NCBI GenBank assembly: GCA_027008245.1
Contig: JALTCA010000066.1
Location: 18,688-82,687 of the forward strand
From: Desulfurellales bacterium
Lineage (GTDB): Bacteria > Campylobacterota_A > Desulfurellia > Desulfurellales > Hippeaceae
Reading direction: 5' to 3'
DNA length: 64,000 bases
The notes under the pieces are model-generated. The model was not told where the DNA came from, searched no databases, and saw nothing but the letters and a program-made list of their open reading frames with translations. The position numbers and the translations under genes were made by a program. Shown one piece after another: positions 62,017 through 64,000 of this stretch (position 1 is the stretch's first letter; each line of letters starts with the position of its first letter).

Positions 62017-62360
62017 TTTGCTTCCTCCTTCTCATCTTCAGCAAAGAATTCCTTTGCTTCATCCACAACCGTTCTTTCATCCAGAGGAACACCCGTTTTG
62101 TATGCAGCTCTCATCAAGGCACTTGACCCAATGGGTGCTGTAAGAAGTATAAATATAGCAACAGAAATACACTTAATAAACCAATCTGGATGTAAAATAC
62201 CTACCCCTATAACCGAAGAAAAGGCACCCAGGGTTGTGGATTTTGTAGAAGCTTGCATTCTCGTATAAAGGTCTGGAAACCTAACAAGACCGTAAGAACC
62301 TAAAAGCAAAAATATAGCGCCGAAATACAGGAAAAAATAACCCACTATCTCTCGTAGCAT
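62013..62360 (-). CDS. mnhG: MbsC / Na+/H+ antiporter subunit G
   Basis: GLVRFPDLYTRMQASTK, LTAP, RAAY. Confidence 0.88.
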   Translation of the reverse strand: MLREIVGYFFLYFGAIFLLLGSYGLVRFPDLYTRMQASTKSTTLGAFSSVIGVGILHPDWFIKCISVAIFILLTAPIGSSALMRAAYKTGVPLDERTVVDEAKEFFAEDEKEEAK

Positions 62361-62362
62361 AA

Positions 62363-62620
62363 CTACAACCCCCTCTCAATAAACCTGGCAACAATCAACA
62401 CGCCAATGAATGAAAGGATAGCGTAAACCAAAGCCACATCTATATAAATGTAGCGATCAAATACCATTGCAAAGAAAACAAATAGAGCTACACTAACAGT
62501 AGTAAAAACATCCAAAGCTACAGTTCTGTTCGCAACATCAGGCCCTACTACCATTCTTACAACAGATAAAAGCAACGCTATGCCCGCTATTCCCACAAAA
62601 ATCCATTCCAGCACGCTCAT
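62363..62620 (-). CDS. mnhF: MbsB / Na+/H+ antiporter subunit F
   Basis: GPDVANRTVALD, DVALVYAILSF. Confidence 0.87.
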   Translation of the reverse strand: MSVLEWIFVGIAGIALLLSVVRMVVGPDVANRTVALDVFTTVSVALFVFFAMVFDRYIYIDVALVYAILSFIGVLIVARFIERGL

Positions 62621-63123
62621 CCGAATATCTCCTTTAAAAATTTCTCAAATGGTGCTCCAATCTCTCTTGTTGCTCCCTCTTCACTTGCATCTTTAACATA
62701 AATCCAGTGAATCAAAAGTGTGTCGTCTTTAGCATCAATAGTGAGCGTTCCAGGTGTCATTGTTATGGAATTAGCCAAAGATAATTTTCCGGAATCTGTC
62801 TTAAGGTTTGTTTTCACCTTAACTATGCCCGGTTTAATAGGCATACTCGGGGACAACACCCTATATGCAACATCAAAATTGGCAAGGAGTATTTGCCACA
62901 AATAGTAGGGAATGTAGATAATCAAGTAGATAATACGTTTAGGTGAAAAATGGGCTAAACCATGTTCGGACAAATATTCTGAACCCAGAAGAGCTACCAA
63001 AAAAGAAACAACAAAACCAACCACAAGTTCATCTTTACGTAAAGTGACAGTCAGCATCAGCCAAGATGCAAACATAATTACAAGCGTAAAGACAAACCGA
63101 CTAAGCTTCCCCGCTTTCCCCAT
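62617..63123 (-). CDS. mnhE: MbsA / Na+/H+ antiporter subunit E
   Basis: ANFDVA, PGIV, ANSITMTPGT, LIHW. Confidence 0.88.
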   Translation of the reverse strand: MGKAGKLSRFVFTLVIMFASWLMLTVTLRKDELVVGFVVSFLVALLGSEYLSEHGLAHFSPKRIIYLIIYIPYYLWQILLANFDVAYRVLSPSMPIKPGIVKVKTNLKTDSGKLSLANSITMTPGTLTIDAKDDTLLIHWIYVKDASEEGATREIGAPFEKFLKEIFG

Positions 63124-63156
63124 ATCATCACACCTCCTTTTTTTCCTTCAAGCGCT

Positions 63157-63184
63157 ATTCTACTTTTCAGAAAAAATTAGTCAA
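63157..63184 (-). promoter_or_regulatory. Sigma70-type promoter of the MBS operon
   Basis: TTGACT-N16-TAGAAT about 33 nt upstream of the start; GGAGGTG RBS. Confidence 0.6.
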
Positions 63185-63314
63185 GGCTTTGCTGAACATT
63201 TAACAGCTCCGTTAGTATCACACATACTATTTTACTATGAACCAACAGTTCATTTCCTTTTCAAAAGTTTATTTACCTTTACAAACATTTAAATTATAAT
63301 CTTAGCGTGCAACA

Positions 63315-63758
63315 TTACTCAACTATTATACATTTATCAACTTTTTCCTTTATCTTCTCTATATAAGGCGCAATATCTTCACTTGTTACAATTTTCTCTA
63401 TAGGACCCCGTTCCTCCAATGGTATTATGAAAGTTCCTACTTTGTTATTTTCGATAAAATCAAAAATAACTTTTGACATCTTGCCTTTCAATTCAATTCT
63501 ATTGACGTTTACGATACCGTTATCTTCCCTTAAGAGGTTTTCCATCTTGTCAAATATAGCCTCTCCTATGTGTTCAAGCCCCTGCTCAAGTTCTTTCTCC
63601 AAATAAGCTGTGCCTCCGCCAGCAAAAAAGTCTGTATCGTTAACAAAGAGAAGATGAACAGTGTCTATATTTTCCTCTTTTGCAATTTTACTCGCCATTT
63701 TGACAGCTCTTTTACAAGAAGGACAATCCTTAACCAAAACCACAAGCTTATATTCCAT
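63315..63758 (-). CDS. Universal stress protein-like protein with N-terminal CxxC
   Basis: USP-like layout (KLVVLV..S.RAV..A...A....VHLLFV...G...I...C-terminal IIVE); CPSC; follows an ArsB/NhaD permease. Confidence 0.6.
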   Translation of the reverse strand: MEYKLVVLVKDCPSCKRAVKMASKIAKEENIDTVHLLFVNDTDFFAGGGTAYLEKELEQGLEHIGEAIFDKMENLLREDNGIVNVNRIELKGKMSKVIFDFIENNKVGTFIIPLEERGPIEKIVTSEDIAPYIEKIKEKVDKCIIVE

Positions 63759-63761
63759 CTT

Positions 63762-64000
63762 TTAACCTCCTATAAACAGCCAGATCATACTAATGACTAT
63801 AGAAACAAACGTTGCAGGTGCACCAACCTTTAAGAAGCGCTTGAACGTCACTGGATATCCAGCCTTCTCCATTATACCCGCTGTAACAACGTTGGCACTT
63901 GCACCGATCAAAGTACCATTTCCACCCAAGCAAGCCCCTAAAGACAAAGCCCACCACAGTGTATTGCCGGCATGTGGAATTGTCTGGCTTAAATACCCTA
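63762..64000 (-). CDS. ArsB/NhaD (SLC13-like) ion transporter, C-terminal part (runs off the window end)
   Basis: LWWALSLGACLGGNGTLIGASANVV...TFKRFLKVG signature. Confidence 0.85.
   Translation of the reverse strand, partial: GYLSQTIPHAGNTLWWALSLGACLGGNGTLIGASANVVTAGIMEKAGYPVTFKRFLKVGAPATFVSIVISMIWLFIGG

Overview
AT-rich, gene-dense bacterial chromosome segment. Gene content (monomeric Icd, four-subunit 2-oxoacid:ferredoxin oxidoreductase, futalosine-type UbiD, CIRCE-controlled groESL, MBS/Mbx-type complex, outer-membrane beta-barrels) suggests a thermophilic, Gram-negative anaerobe such as a sulfur-respiring Desulfurellales (Hippea-like) organism; this taxonomy is inference. Most of the window is housekeeping: argG(partial)-argF, livJHMGF, pyc, rib/nusB/pyrFE, a two-component system with degP, a c-di-GMP HD-GYP protein, two tandem porin-like paralogues, speE, icd-oorDABC, a long amrS-hpt-prfA-ychF-ribF-ubiD-recG run, rpsT and groESL. 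The right end carries a 13-gene Mrp/complex I-like MBS (Mbx) operon. No rRNA, tRNA, CRISPR array, IS or prophage was recognised. Most notable: (1) a free-standing, apparently catalytically dead intein/Hint-fold gene as the last cistron of the MBS operon; (2) the MBS complex itself, with both MbsL cysteines and a fused GltD-like flavoprotein module; (3) a solitary PLD-nuclease/AAA+ ATPase fusion with no methyltransferase, a candidate single-gene defence system.
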